DNA of 64,000 bases. Origin: the human T2T-CHM13v2.0 reference genome, Homo sapiens. The translations under genes were made by a program, and so were the position numbers. A model generated the notes under the pieces. It saw nothing but the letters and a program-made list of their open reading frames with translations, was not told the DNA's origin and did not search any database. Shown piece by piece: positions 14,901-32,900 of the stretch (position 1 is the stretch's first letter; each line of letters opens with the position of its first letter). The DNA lies in NCBI RefSeq assembly GCF_009914755.1, contig NC_060937.1; one strand, given 5' to 3'.

Positions 14901-17900
14901 AAAGCATGTTTTATATACTGTACATAAAATATGAAAGTACATCAAATATATATTTTATTCTGTACATAAAATATCAAAGTACACCAGATATATATTCTAT
15001 AGTGTACATAAAATATCAAAGTACCCAAACTATACATTATATACTGTACATAAAATATGAAATTACATCAAATTTATATTATATTAAGTACATAAAATAT
15101 GAAAGTACATCAAATATAGATTATATACTGTACATAAAATATCAAAGTACCCCAAATATATATTATATACTCTACATGAAATATCAAAGTTCACAAAGTA
15201 TATATTATATACTGTACATAAAATAAAGTCCCCAAGGTATATATTCTATACTGTAGAAAAAATATCAAAGTACCCAAAGCAAGTATTATATACTGTATAT
15301 AAAATATGAAAGTACATCAAATATATATTTTATTCTGTACATAATATATCAAAGTACACCAGATATATATTCTATAGTGTACATAAAATAACAAATTACA
15401 CAAACTATAAATTATATACTGTACATAAAATATGAAATTACATCAAATATATACTAGGTACATAAAATATGAAAGTACATCAAATATAGTTTATATACTG
15501 TACATAAAATATCAATGTACCCCAAATATATATTTTATACTCTACATGAAATATGAAAGTTCACAAACCATATATTATATACTGTACATAAAATATCAAA
15601 GTACCCAAGGTATATATTCTATACTGTACAAAAAATATCAAACTACCCAAAGCATGTATTATATACTGTACATAAAATATGAAACTGCATCAAATATATA
15701 TTTTATTCTGTACAAAAAATATCAAAGTACACCAGATATATATTCTATAGTGTACATAAAATATCAAAGTACCCAAACTATACAGTATATACTGTACATA
15801 AAATATGAAATTACATCAAATATATATTAGGTACATAAAATATGAAAGTACATCAAATATAGATTATATACTGTACAAAAAATATCAAAGTACCCCAAAT
15901 ATATATTATATACTGTACATGAAATATCAAAGTTCACAAACTATATATTATATACTGTACATAAAATATCAAAGTACCCAAGGTATATATTCTATACTGT
16001 ACAAAAGATATCAAAGTACCCAAAGCATGTATTATATACTGTACATAAAATATGAAAGTACATCAAATATATATTTTATTCTGTACATAAAATATCAAAG
16101 TACACCAGATATATATTCTATAGTGTACATAAAATATCAAAATACCCAAACTATTTCTTATATACTGTACATAAAATATGAAATTACATCAAATATATAT
16201 TATATTAGGTACATAAAATATGAAAGTACATCAAATATAGATTATATGCTGTACATTAAATACCAAAGTACCCCAAATATATATTTTATACTGTACATGA
16301 AATATCAAAGTTCACAAACTATATATTATATACTGTACATAAAATATCAAAGTACCCAAGGTATATATTCTATACTGTACAAAAAATATCAAAGTACCCA
16401 AAGCACGTATTATATACTGTACATAAAACATAAAAGTACATCAAATATATATTTTTTTCTCTACATAAAATATCAAAGTACACCAGATATATATTCAATA
16501 GTGTACATAAAATAACAAAGTACAAAAACTATAAATTATATACTGTACATAAAATATGAAATTACATCAAATATATATTAGGTACATAAAATATGAAAGT
16601 ACATCAAATATAGATTATATACTGTACATAAAATATCAATGTACCCCAAATATATATTTTATACTCGACATGAAATATCAAAGTTCACAAACCATATAAT
16701 ATATACTGTACATAAAATATCAAAGTACCCAAGGTATATATTCTATACTGTACAAAAAATATCAAAGTACCCAAAGCATGTATTATATACTGTACATAAA
16801 ATATGAAAGTACATCAAATATATATTTTATTCTGTACATAAAATATCAAAGTACACCAGATATATATTCTATAGTGTACATAAAATATCAAAGTACCCAA
16901 ACTATACATTATATACTGTACATAAAATATGAAATTACATCAAATATATATTATATTAGGTACAAAAAATATGAAAGTACATCAAATATAGATTATATAC
17001 TGTACATTAAATACCAAAGTACCCCAAATATATATTTTATACTGTACATGAAATATCAAAGTTCACAAACTATATATTATATACTGTACATATAATTTCA
17101 AAGTACCCAAGGTATATATTCTATACTGTACAAAAAATATCAAAGTACCCAAAGCATGTATTATATACAGTACATAAAATATGAAAGTACATCAAATATA
17201 TATTTTATTCTGTACATAAAATATCAAAGTACACCAGATATATATTCTATAGTGTTCATAAAATAACAAAGTACACAAACTATAAATTATATACTGTACA
17301 TAAAATATGAAAGTTCATCAAATATAGATTATATACTGTACATAAAATATCGATGTACCCCAAATATATATTTTATACTCTACATGAAATACCAAAGTTC
17401 ACAAACCATATATTATATACTGTACATAAAATATCAAAGTACCCAAGGTATATATTCTATACTGTACAAAAAATATCAAAGTACCCAAAGCATGTATTAT
17501 ATACTGTACATAAAATATGAAAGTACATCAAATATATATTTTATTCTGTACATAAAATATCAAAGTACACCAGATATATATTCTATAGTGTACATAAAAT
17601 ATCAAAATACCCAAACTATTTCTTATATACTGTACATAAAATATGAAATTACATCAAATATATATTATATTAGGTACATAAAATATGAAAGTACATCAAA
17701 TATAGATTATATGCTGTACATTAAATACCAAAGTACCCCAAATATATATTTTATACTGTACATGAAATATCAAAGTTCACAAACTATATATTCTATACTG
17801 TACATAAAATATCAAAGTACCCAAAGCACGTATTATATACTGTACATAAAACATGAAAGCACATCAAATATATATTTTTTTCTGTACATAAAATATCAAA

Positions 17901-20900
17901 GTACACCAGATATATATTCAATAGTGTACATAAAATAACAAAGTACAAAAACTATAAATTATATACTGTACATAAAATATGAAATTACACCAAATATATA
18001 TTAGGTACATAAAATATGAAAGTACATCAAATATAGATTATATACTGTACATATAATATCAATGTACCCCAAATATATATTTTATACTCTACATGAAATA
18101 TCAAAGTTCACAAACCATATATTATATACTGTACATAAAATATCAAAGTACCCAAGGTATATATTCTATACTGTTCAAAAAATATCAAAGTACCCAAAGC
18201 ATGTATTATATACTGTATATAAAATATGAAAGTACATCAAATATATATTTTATTCTGTACATAAAATATCAATGTACACCAGATATATATTCTATAGTGT
18301 ACATAAAATATCAAAGTACCCAAACTATACATTATATACTGTACATAAAATATGAAATTACATCAAATATATACTATATTAGGTCCATAAAATATGAAAG
18401 TACATCAAATATAGATTATATACTGTACATAAAATATCAAAGTACCCCAAATATATATTATATACTCTACATGAAATATCAAAGTTCACAAACAACTATA
18501 TATTATATACTGTACATAAAATATCAAAGTACCCAAGGTATATATTCTATACTGTACAAAAAATATCAAAGTACCCAAAGCATGTATTATATACTGTACA
18601 TAAAATATGAAAGTACATAAAATATATATCTTATTCTGTACATAAAATATCAAAGTACACCAGATATTTATTCTATAGTGTACATAAAATATCAAAGTAC
18701 CCAAACTATACATTATATACTGTACATAAAATATGAAATTACATCAAATATATATTATATTAGTTACATAAAATATGAAAGTACATCAAATATAGATTAT
18801 ATACTGTACATAAAATATCAAAGTTCCCCAAATATATATTATATACTCTACATGAAATATCAAAGTTCACAAACTATATATTATATACTGTACATAAAAT
18901 ATCAAAGTACCCAAGGTATATATTCTATACTGCACAAAAATATCAAAGTACCCAAAGCATGTAGTATATACTGTATCTAAAATATGAAAGTACATCAAAT
19001 ATATATTTTATTCTGTACATAAAATATCAAAGTACACCAGATATATATTCTATAGTGTACATAAAATAACAAAGTACACAAACTATAAATTATATACTGT
19101 ACATAAAATATGAAATTACATCAAATATATACTAGGTACATAAAATATGAAAGTACATCAAATATAGATTATATACTGTACATAAAATATCAATGTACCC
19201 CAAATATATATTTTATACTCTACATGAAATATGAAAGTTCGCAAACCATATATTATATACTGTACATAAAATATCAAAGTACCCAAGGTATATATTCTAT
19301 ACTGTACAAAAAATATCAAAGTACCCAAAGCATGTATTATATACTGTACATAAAATATGAAACTGCATCAAATATATATTTTATTCTGTACAAAAAATAT
19401 CAAAGTACACCAGACATATATTCTATAGTGTACATAAAATATCAAAGTACCCAAACTATACATTATATACTGTACATAAAATATGAAATTACATCAAATA
19501 CATATTAGGTACATAAAATATGAAAGTACATCAAATATAGATTATATACTGTACAAAAAATATCAAAGAACCCCAAATATATATTATATACTGTACATGA
19601 AATATCAAAGTTCACAAACTATATATTATATGCTGTACATAAAATATCAAAGTACCCAAGGTATATATTCTATACTGTACAAAAGATATCAAAGTACCCA
19701 AAGCATGTATTATATACTGTACATAAAATATGAAATTACCTCAAATATATATTTTATTCTGTACATAAAATATCAAAGTACACCAGATATATATTCTATA
19801 GTGTACATAAAATATCACAGTACCCAAACTATTTCTTATATACTGTACATAAAATATGAAATTACATCAAATATATATTATATTAGGTACATAAAATATG
19901 AAAGTACATCAAATATAGATTATATGCTGTACATTAAATACCAAAGTACCCCAAATATATATTTTATACTGTACATGAAATATCAACGTTCACAAACTAT
20001 ATATTATATACTGTACATAAAATATCAAAGTACCCAAGTTATATATTCTATACTGTACAAAAAATATCAAAGTACCCAAAGCACGTATTATGTACTGTAC
20101 ATAAAACATGAAAGTACATCAAATATATATTTTTTTCTGTACATAAAATATCAAAGTACACCAGATATATATTCAATAGTGTACATAAAATAACAAAGTA
20201 CAAAGACTATAAATTATATACTGTACATAAAATATGAAATTACACCAAATATATATTAGGTACATAAAATATGAAAGTACATCAAATATAGATTATATAC
20301 TGTACATATAATATCAATGTACCCCAAATATATATTTTATACTCTACATGAAATATCAAAGTTCACAAACCATATATTATATACTGTACATAAAATATCA
20401 AAGTACCCAAGGTATATATTCTATAATGTACGAAAAATATCAAAGTACCCAAAGCATGTATTATATACTGTATATAAAATATGAAAGTACATCAAATATA
20501 TATTTTATTCTGTACATAAAATATCAATGTACACCAGATATATATTATATAGTGTACATAAAATATCAAAGTACCCAAACTATACATTATATATTGTACA
20601 TAAAATATGAAATTACATCAAATATATACTATATTAGGTCCATAAAATATGAAAGTACATCAAATATAGATTATATACTGTACATAAAATATCAAAGTAC
20701 CCCAAATATATATTATATACTCTACATGAAATATCAAAGTTCACAAACTATATATTATATACTGTACATAAAATAAAGTACCCAAGGTACATATTCTATA
20801 CTGTACAAAAAATATCAAAGTACCCAAAGCATGTATAATATACTGTATATAAAATATGTAAGTACATCAAATATATATTTTATTCTGTACATAAAACATC

Positions 20901-23900
20901 AAAGTACACCAGATATATATTCTATAGTGTACATAAAATAACAAAGTACACAAACTATACATTATATACTGTACATAAAATATGAAATTACATCAAATAT
21001 ATATTAGGTACATAAAATATGAAAGTACATCAAATATAGATTATATACTGTACATAAAATATCAATGTACCCCAAATATATATTTTATACTCTACATGAA
21101 ATATCAAAGTTCACAAACCATATATTATATACTGTCCAGAAAATATCAAAGTACCCAAGGTATATATTCTATACTATACAAAAAATATCAAAGTACGCAA
21201 AGCATGTATTATATACTGTACCTAAAATATGAAAGTACATCAGATATATATTTTATTCTGTACATAAAATATCAAAGTACACCAGATATATATTCTATAG
21301 TGTACATAAAATATCAAACTACCCAAACTATACATTATATACTGTACATAAAATATGAAATTACATCAAATATATATTATATTAGGTACATAAAATATGA
21401 AAGTACATCAAATATAGATTATATACTGTACATATAATATCAATGTACCCCAAATATATATTTTATTCTCTACATGAAATATCAAAGTTCAGAAACTATA
21501 TATTATATACTGTACATAAAATATCAAAGTACCCAAGGTATATATTCTATACTGTACAAAAAATATCAAAGTACCCAAAGCATGTATTATATACTGTACA
21601 TAAAATATGAAAGTACATCAAATATATATTTTATTCTGTACATAAAATATCAAAGTACACCAGATATATATTCTATAGTGTACATAAAATATCAAAGTAC
21701 CCAAACTATACATTATATACTGTACATAAAATATGAAATTACATCAAATATATATTATATTAGGTACATAAAATATGAAAGTACATCAAATAAAGATTAT
21801 ATACTGTACATTAAATACGAAAGTACCCCAAATATATATTTTATACTGTACATGAAATATCAAAGTTCACACACTATATATCATATACTGTACATAAAAT
21901 ATCAAAGTACCCAAGTTATATATTCTATACTGTACAAAAAATATCAAAGTACCCAAAGCATGTATTACAAACTGTACATAAAATATGAAAGTACATCAAA
22001 TATATATTTTATTCTGTACATAAAATATCAAAGTACACCAGATATATATTCTATAGTGTACATAAAATATCAAAGTACCCAAACTATACATTATATACTG
22101 TACATAAAATATGAAATTACATCAAATATATTTTATATTAGGTACATAAAATATGAAAGTACATCAAATATAGATTATATACTGTACATTAAATACCAAA
22201 GTACCCCAAATATATATTTTATACTGTACATGAAATATCAAAGTTCACACACTATATATTATATACTGTACATAAAATATCAAAGTACCCAAGGTATATA
22301 TTCTATACTGTACAAAAAATATCAAAGTACCCAAAGCATGTATTATATACTGTACATAAAATATGAAAGTACATCAAATATATATTTTATTCTGTACATA
22401 AAATGTCAAAGTACACCAGATATATATTCTATAGTGTACATAAAATATCAAAGTACCCAAACTATACATTATATACTGTACATAAAATATGAAATTACAT
22501 CAAATATATATTAGGTACATAAAATATGAAAGTACATCAAATATAGATTATATACTGTACATAAAATATCAATGTACCCCAAATATATATTTTATACTCT
22601 ACATGAAATATCAAAGTTCACAAACCATATCTTATATACTGTACATAAAATATCAAAGTACCCAAGATATATATTCTATACTGTACAAAAAATATCAAAG
22701 TACCCAAAGCATGTATTATATACTGTACCTAAAATATGAAAGTACATCAAATATATATATTATTCTGTACAGAAAATATGAAAGTACACCAGATATATAT
22801 TCTATAGTGTACATAAAATATCAAAGTACCCAAACTATACATTATATACTGTACATAAAATATGAGATTACATCAAATATATATTATATTAGGTACATAA
22901 AATATGAAAGTACATCAAATATAGATTATATACTGTACATAAAATATCAAAGTACCCCAAATATATATTATATACTCTACAGGAAATATCAAAGTTCACA
23001 CACTATATATTATATACTGTACATAAAATATCAAAGTACCCAAGGTATGTATTCTATACTGTACAAAAAATATCAAAGTACCCAAAGCATGTATTATATT
23101 CTGTATATAAAATATGAAAGTACATCAAATATATATTTTATTCTGTACATAAAATATCAAATTACACCAGATATATATTCTATACTGTACATAAAATAAC
23201 AAAGTACACAAACTATAAATTATATACTGTACATAAAATATGAAATTACATCAAATATATATTATATTAGGTACATAAAATATGAAAGTACATCAAATAT
23301 AGATTATATACTGTACACTAAATACCAAAGTACCCCAAATATATATTTTATACTGTACATGAAATATCAAAGTTCACAAACTACATATTATATTCTGTAC
23401 ATAAAATATCAAAGTACCCAACGTATATATTCTATACTGTACAAAAAATATCAAAGTACCCAAAGCATGTATAATATACTGTACATAAATATGAAAGTAC
23501 ATCAAATATATATATTATTCTGTACATAAAATATCAAAGTACACCAGATATATATTCTATAGTGTACATAAAATATCAAAGTACCCAAACTATACATTAT
23601 ATACTGTAAATAAAATGTGAAATTACATCAAATATATTTTATATTAGGTACATAAAATATGAAAGTACATCAAATATAGATTATATACTGTACATTAAAT
23701 ACCAAAGTACCCCAAATATATATTTTATACTGTACATGAAATATCAAAGTTCACAAACTATATATTATATACTGTATATAAAATATCAAAGTACCCAAGT
23801 TATATATTCTATACTGCACAAAAAATATCAAAGTACCCAAAGCATGTATTATATACTGTACATAAAATATGAAAGTACATCAAAAATATATTTAATTCTG

Positions 23901-26900
23901 TACTTAATATATCAAAGTACACCAGATATATATTCTATAGTGTACATAAAATAACAAAGTACACAAACTATAAATTATATACTGTACATAAAATATGAAA
24001 TTACATCAAATATATATTAGGTACATAAAATATGAAAGTACATCAAATATAGATTATATACTGTACATAAAATATCAATGTACCCCAAATATATATTTTA
24101 TACTATACATGAAATATCAAAGTTCACAAACCATATTTTGTATACTGTACATAAAATATCAAAGTACACAAAGTATATATTTTATACTCTACAAAAAATA
24201 TCAAAGTACCCAAAGCATGTATTATATACTGTACATAAAATATGAATGTACATCAAATATATATTTTATTCTGTACATAAAATAACAAAGTACACCAGAT
24301 ATATATTCTAAAGTGTACATAAAATATCAAAGTACCCAAACTATACATTATATACTGTACATAAAATATGAAATTACATCAAATATATATTATATTAGGT
24401 ACATAAAATATGAAAGTACGTCAAATATAGATTATATACTGTACATTAAATACCAAGGTACCCCAAATATATATTTTATACTGTACATGAAATATCAAAG
24501 TTCACAAACTATATATTATATACTGTACATAAAATATCAAAGTACCCAAGGTATATATTCTATACTGTACAAAAAATATCAAAGTACCCAAAGCATGTAT
24601 TATATACTGTATATAAAATATGAAAGTACATCAAATATATATTTTATTCTGTACATAAAATATCAAAGTACACCAGCTATATATTCTATAGTGTACATAA
24701 AATAACAAAGTAGAAAAACTATAAATTATATACTGTACATAAAATATGAAATTACATCAAATATATATTAGGTACATAAAATATGAAAGTACATCAAATA
24801 TAGATTACATACTGTACATAAAATATCAATGTACCCCAAATATATATTTTATACTCGACATGAAATATCAAAGTTCACAAACCATATAATATATACTGTA
24901 CATAAAATATCAAAGTACCCAAGGTATATATTCTATACTGTACAAAAAATATCAAAGTACCCAAAGCATGTATTATATACTGTACATAAAATATGAAAGT
25001 ACATCAAATATATATTTTATTCTGTACATAAAATATCAAAGTACACCAGATATATATTCTATAGTGTACATAAAATATCAAAGTACCCAAACTATACATT
25101 ATATACTGTACATAAAATATGAAATTACATCAAATATATATTATATTAGGTACATAAAATATGAAAGTACAACAAATATAGATTATATACTGTACATTAA
25201 ATACCAAAGTACCCCAAATATATATTTTATACTGTAGATGAAATATCAAAGTTCACAAACTATATATTATATACTGTACATATAATATCAAAGTACCCAA
25301 GGTATATATTCTATACTGTACAAAAAATATAAAAGTACCCAAAGCATGTATTATATACAGTACATAAAATATGAAAGTACATCAAATATATATTTTATTC
25401 TGTACATAAAATATCAAAGTACACCAGATATATATTCTATAGTGTACATAAAATAACAAACTACACAAACTATAAATTATATACTGTACATAAAATATGA
25501 AATGACATCAAATATATATTAGGTACATAAAATATGAAAGTACATCAAATATAGTTTATATACTGTACATAAAATATCAATGTACCCCAAATATATATTT
25601 TATACTCTACATGAAATACCAAAGTTCACAAACCATATATTATATACTGTACATAAAATATCAAAGTACCCAAGGTATATATTCTATACAGTACAAAAAA
25701 TATCAAAGTACCCAAAGCATGTATTATATACTGTACCTAAAATATGAAAGTACATCAAATATATATTTTATTCTGTACATAAAATATCAAAGTACACCAG
25801 ATATATATTCTATAGTGTACATAAAATATCAAAGTACCCAAACTATACATTATATACTGTACATAAAATATGAAATTACATCAAATATATATTATATTAG
25901 TTACATAAAATATGAAAGTACATCAAATATAGATTATATACTGTTCATTAAATACCAAAGTACCCCAAATATATATTTTATACTGTACATGAAATATCAA
26001 AGTTCACAAACTATATATTATATACTGTAGATAAAATATCAAAGTACCCAAGGTATATATTCTATACTGTACAAAAAATATCAAAGTACCCAAAGCATGT
26101 ATTATATGCTGTACTTAAAATATGAAAGTACATCAAATATATATTTTATTCTGTACATAAAATATCAAAGTACACCAGATATATATTCTATAGTGTACAT
26201 AAAATATCAAAGTACCCAAACTATACATTATATACTGTACATAAAATATGAAATTACATCAAATATATATTATATTAGGTACATAAAATATGAAAGTACA
26301 TCAAATATAGATTATACACTGTACATAAAATATCAAAGTACCCCAAATATATATTATATACTCTACATGAAATATCAAAGTTCACAAACTATATATTTTA
26401 TACTGTACATAAAATAAAGTCCCCAAGGTATATATTCTATACTGTACAAAAAATATCAAAGTACCCAAAGCATGTATTATATAGTGTATATAAAATATGA
26501 AAGTACATCAAATATATATTTTATTCTGTACATAAAATATCAAAGTACACCAGATATACATTCTATAGTGTACATAAAATAACAAAGTACAAAAACTATA
26601 AATTATATACTGTACATAAAATATGAAATTACATCAAATATATATTAGGTACATAAAATATGAAAGTACATCAAATATAGATTATATACTGTACATAAAA
26701 TATCAATGTACCCCAAATATATATTTTATACTCGACATGAAATATCAAAGTTCACAAACCATATAATATATACTGTACATAAAATATCAAAGTACCCAAG
26801 GTATATATTCTATACTGTACAAAAAATATCAAAGTACCCAAAGCATGTATTATACACTGTACCTAAAATATGAAAGTACATCAATTATATATTTTATTCT

Positions 26901-29900
26901 GTACATAAAATATCAAAGTACTCCAGATATATATCCTATAGTGTACATAAAATATCAAAGTACACAAACTATAAATTATATACTGTACATAAAATATGAA
27001 ATTACATCAAATATATATTAGGTACATAAAATATGAAAGTACATCAAATATAGATTATATACTGTACATAAAATATCAATGTACCCCAAATATATATTTT
27101 ATACTCTACATGAAATACCAAAGTTCACAAACCATACATTATATACTGTACATAAAATATCAAAGTACCCAAGGTATATATTCTATACTGTACAAAAAAT
27201 ATCAAAGTACCCAAAGCATGTATTATATACTGTACATAAAATATGAAATTACATCAAATATATACTTTATTCTGTACATAAAACATCAAAGTACACCTGA
27301 TATATATTCTATAGAGTACATAAAATATCAAAGTACCCAAACTATACATTATATACTGTCCATAAAATATGAAATTACATCAAATATATATTATATTAGG
27401 TACATAAAATATGAAAGTACATCAAATATAGATTATATACTGTACATTAAATACCAAAGTACCCCAAATCTATATTTTATACTGTACATGAAATATCAAA
27501 GTTCACAAACTATATATTATATACTGTACATTTAATATCAAAGTACCCAAGGTATATATTCTATACTGTACAAAAAATATCAAAGTACCCAAAGCATGTA
27601 TTATATACAGTACATAAAATATGAAAGTACATCAAATATATATTTTATTCTGTACATAAAATATCAAAGTACACCAGATATATATTCTATAGTGTACATA
27701 AAATATCAAAGTACCCAAACTATACATTATATACTGTACATAAAATATGAAATTACATCAAATATATATTATATTAGGTACATGAAATATGAAAGTACAT
27801 CAACTATAGATTATATACTGTACATTAAATACCAAAGTACCCCAAATATATATTTTATACCATACATGAAATATCAAAGTTCACAAACTATATATTATAT
27901 ACTGTACATAAAATATCAAAGTACCCAAGGTATATATTCTATACTGTACAAAAAATATCAAAGTACCCAAAGCATGTATTATATACTGTACCTAAAATAT
28001 GAAAGTACATCAAATATATATTTTATTCTGTACATAAAATATCAAAGTACACCAGATATATATTCTATAGTGTACATAAAATATCAAAGTACCCAAACTA
28101 TACATTATATACTGTACATAAAATATGAAATTACATCAAATATATATTATATTAGGTACATAAAATATGAAAGTACATCAAATATAGATTATACACTGTA
28201 CATAAAATATCAAAGTACCCCAAATATATATTATATACTCTACATGAAATATCAAAGTTCACAAACTATATATTATATACTGTACATAAAATAAAGTCCC
28301 CAAGGTATATATTCTATACTGTAGAAAAAATATCAAAGTACCCAAAGCATGTATTATATACTGTATATAAAATATGAAAGTACATCAAATATATATTTTA
28401 TTCTGTACATAATATATCAAAGTACACCAGATATATATTCTATAGTGTACATAAAATAACAAAGTACAAAAACTATAAATTATGTACTGTACATAAAATA
28501 TGAAATTACATCAAATATATATTAGGTACATAAAATATGAAAGTACATCAAATATAGATTATATACTGTACATAAAATTTCAATGTACCCCAAATATATA
28601 TTTTATACTCTACATGAAATATCAAAGTTCACAAACCATATATTATATACTGTACATAAAATATCAAAGTACCCAAGGTATATATTCTATACTATACAAA
28701 AAATATCAAAGTACCCAAAGCATGTATTATATACTGTACATAAAATATGAAAGTACATCAAATATATATTTTATTCTGTACATAATATATCAAAGTACAC
28801 CAGATATATATTCTATAGTGTACATAAAATAACAAAGTACACAAACTATACATTATATACTGTACATAAAATATGAAATTACATCAAATATATATTAGGT
28901 ACATAAAATATGAAAGTACATCAAATATAGATTATATACTGTACATAAAATATCAATGTACCCCAAATATATATTTTATACTATACATGAAATATCAAAG
29001 TTCACAAACCATATATTGTATACTGTACATAAAATATCAAAGTACCCAAGGTATATGTTCTATACTGTACAAAAAATATCAAAGTACCCAAAGCATGTAT
29101 TATATACTGTACATAAAATATGAAAGTACATCAAATATATATTTTATTCCGTTCATAAAATATCAAAGTACACCAGATATATATTCTATAGTGTACATAA
29201 AATATCAAAGTACACAAACTATACATTATATACTGTACATAAAATATGAAATTACATCAAATATATATTATATAAGGTACACAAAATATGAAAGTACATC
29301 AAATATAGATTATATACTGTACATTAAATACCAAAGAACCCCAAATATATATTATATACTCTACATGAAATATCAAAGTTCACAAACTATATATTATATA
29401 CTGTACATAAAATATCAAAGTACCCAAGGTATATATTCTATACTGTAAAAAAAATATCAAAGTACCCAAAGCATGTATTATATACTGTATATAAAATATG
29501 AAAGTACATCAAATATATATTTTATTCTGTACATAAAATATCAAAGTACACCAGATATATATTCTATAGTGTACATAAAATATCAAAGTACCCAAACTAT
29601 ACATTATATACTGTACATAAAATATGAAATTACATCAAATATATATTATATTAGGTACATAAAATATGAAAGTACATCAAATATAGATTATATACTGTAC
29701 ATTAAATACCAAAGTACCCCAAATATATATTTTATACTGTCCATGAAATATCAAAGTTCACAAACTATATATTATATACTGTACATATAATATCAAAGTA
29801 CCCAAGGTATATATTCTATACTGTACAAAAAATATCAAAGTACCCAAAGCATGTATTATATACAGTACATAAAATATGAAAGTACATCAAATATATATTT

Positions 29901-32900
29901 TATTCTGTACATAAAATATCAAAGTACACCAGATATATATTCTATAGTGTACATAAAATATCAAAGTACCCAAACTATACATTATATACTGTACATAAAA
30001 TATGAAATTACATCAAATATATATTAGGTACATAAAATAAGAAAGTACATCAAATATAGATTATATACTGTTCATAAAATATCAATGTACCCCAAATATA
30101 TATTTTATACTCTACATGAAATACCAAAGTTCACAAACCATATATTATATACTGTACATAAAATATCAAAGTACCCAAGGTATATATTCTATACTGTACA
30201 AAAAATATCAAAGTACCCAAAGCATGTATTATATACTGTACGTAAAATATGAAAGTACATCAAATATATATTTTATTCTGTACAAAAAATATCAAAGTAT
30301 ACCAGATATATATTCTATAGTGTACATAAAATATCAAAGTACCCAAACTATACATTATATACTGTACATAAAATATGAAATTACATCAAATATATATTAT
30401 ATTAGGTACATAAAATATGAAAGTACATCAAATATAGATTATATACTGTACATAAAATATCAAAGTACCCCAAATATATATTATATACTCTACATGAAAT
30501 ATCAAAGTTCACAAACTATATATTATATACTGTACATAAAATATCAAAGTACCCAAGGTATATATTCTATAATGTAAAAAAATATCAAAGTACCCAAAGC
30601 ATGTATTATATACTGTATATAAAATATGAAATTACATCAAATATATATTTTATTCTGTACATAAAATATCAAAATACACTAGATATATATTCTATAGTGT
30701 ACATAAAATATCAAAATACCCAAACTATACATTATATACTGTACATAAAATATGAAATTACATCAAATATATATTATATTAGGTACATAAAATATGAAAG
30801 TACATCAAATATAGATTATATACTGTACATTAAATACCAAAGTACCCCAAATATATATTTTATACTGTACACGAAATATCAAAGTTCACAAACTATATAT
30901 TATATACTGTACATAAAATATCAAAGTACCCAAGGTATATATTCTATACTGTACAAAAAATATCAAAGTACCCAAAGCATGTATTATATACTGTACCTAA
31001 AATATGAAAGTACATCAATATATATTTTATTCTGTACATAAAATATCAAAGTACACCAGATATATATTCTATAGTGTACATAAAATATCAAAGTACCCAA
31101 ACTATACATTATATACTGTACATAAAATATGAAATTACATCAAATATATTTTATATTAGGTACATAAAATATGAAAGTACATCAAATATAGATTATACAC
31201 TGTACATAAAATATCAAAGTACCCCAAATATATATTATATACTCTACATGAAATATCAAAGTTCACAAACTATATATTATATACTGTACATAAAATAAAG
31301 TCCCCAAGGTATATATTCTATACTGTAGAAAAAATATCAAAGTACCCAAAGCATGTATTATATACTGTATATAAAATATGAAAGTACATCAAATATATAT
31401 TTTATTCTGTACATAAAATATCAAAGTACACCAGATATATATTCTATAGTGTACATAAAATATCAAAGTACCCAAACTATACATTATATACTGTACATAA
31501 AATATGAAATTACATCAAATATATATTATATTAGGTACATAAAATATGAAAGTACATCAAATATAGATTATACACTGTACATAAAATATCAAAGTACCCC
31601 AAATATATATTATATACTCTACATGAAATATCAAAGTTCACAAACTATTTATTCTATACTGTACATAAAATAAAGTCCCCAAGGTATATATTCTATACTG
31701 TAGAAAAAATATCAAAGTACCCAAAGCATGTATTATATACTGTATATAAAATATGAAAGTACATCAAATATATATTTTATTCCGTACATAATATATCAAA
31801 GTACACCAGAAATATATTCTATAGTGTACATAAAATAACAAAGTACAAAAACTATAAATTATATACTGTACATAAAATATGAAATTACATCAAATATATA
31901 TTAGGTACATAAAATATGAAAGTACATCAAATATAGATTATATACTGTACATAAAATTTCAATGTACCCTAAATATATATTTTATACTCTACATGAAATA
32001 TCAAAGTTCACAAACCATATATTATATACTGTACATAAAATATCAAAGTACCCAAGGTATATATTCTATACTATACAAAAAATATCAAAGTACCCAAAGC
32101 ATGTATTATATACTGTACCTAAAATATGAAAGTACATCAAATATACATTTTATTCTGTACATAAAATATCAAAGTACACCAGATATATATTCTATAGTGT
32201 ACATAAAATATCAAAGTACCCAAACTATACATTATATACTGTAAATAAAATATGAAATTACATCAAATATATTTTATATTAGGTACATAAAATATGAAAG
32301 TACATCAAATATAGATTATATACTGTACATTAAATACCAAAGTACCCCAAATATATATTTTATACTGTACATGAAATATCAAAGTTCACAAACTATATAT
32401 TATATACTGTACATAAATTATCAAAGTACCCAAGGTATATATTCTATACTGTACAAAAAATATCAAAGTACCCAAAGCATGTATTATATACTGTACATAA
32501 AATATGAAAGTACATCAAATATATATTTTATTCTGTACATAATATAGCAAAGTACACCAGATATATATTCTATAGTGTACATAAAATAACAAAGTACAGA
32601 AACTATACATTATATACTGTACATAAAATATGAAATTACATCAAATATATATTAGGTACATAAAATATGAAAGTACATCAAATATAGATTATATACTGTA
32701 CATAAAATATCAATGTACCCCAAATATATATTTTATACTATACATGAAATATCAAAGTTCACAAACCATATATTGTATACTGTACATAAAATATCAAAGT
32801 ACCCAAGGTATATGTTCTATACTGTACAAAAAATATCAAAGTACCCAAAGCATGTATTATATACTGTACATAAAATATGAAAGTACATCAAATATATATT

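Noticed and set aside
18488-18496. 3-bp duplication CACAAACAACTAT (and a 2-bp insertion near 36078)
   Set aside because: Isolated slippage events seen once each. Useful as unique markers but with no evident function.
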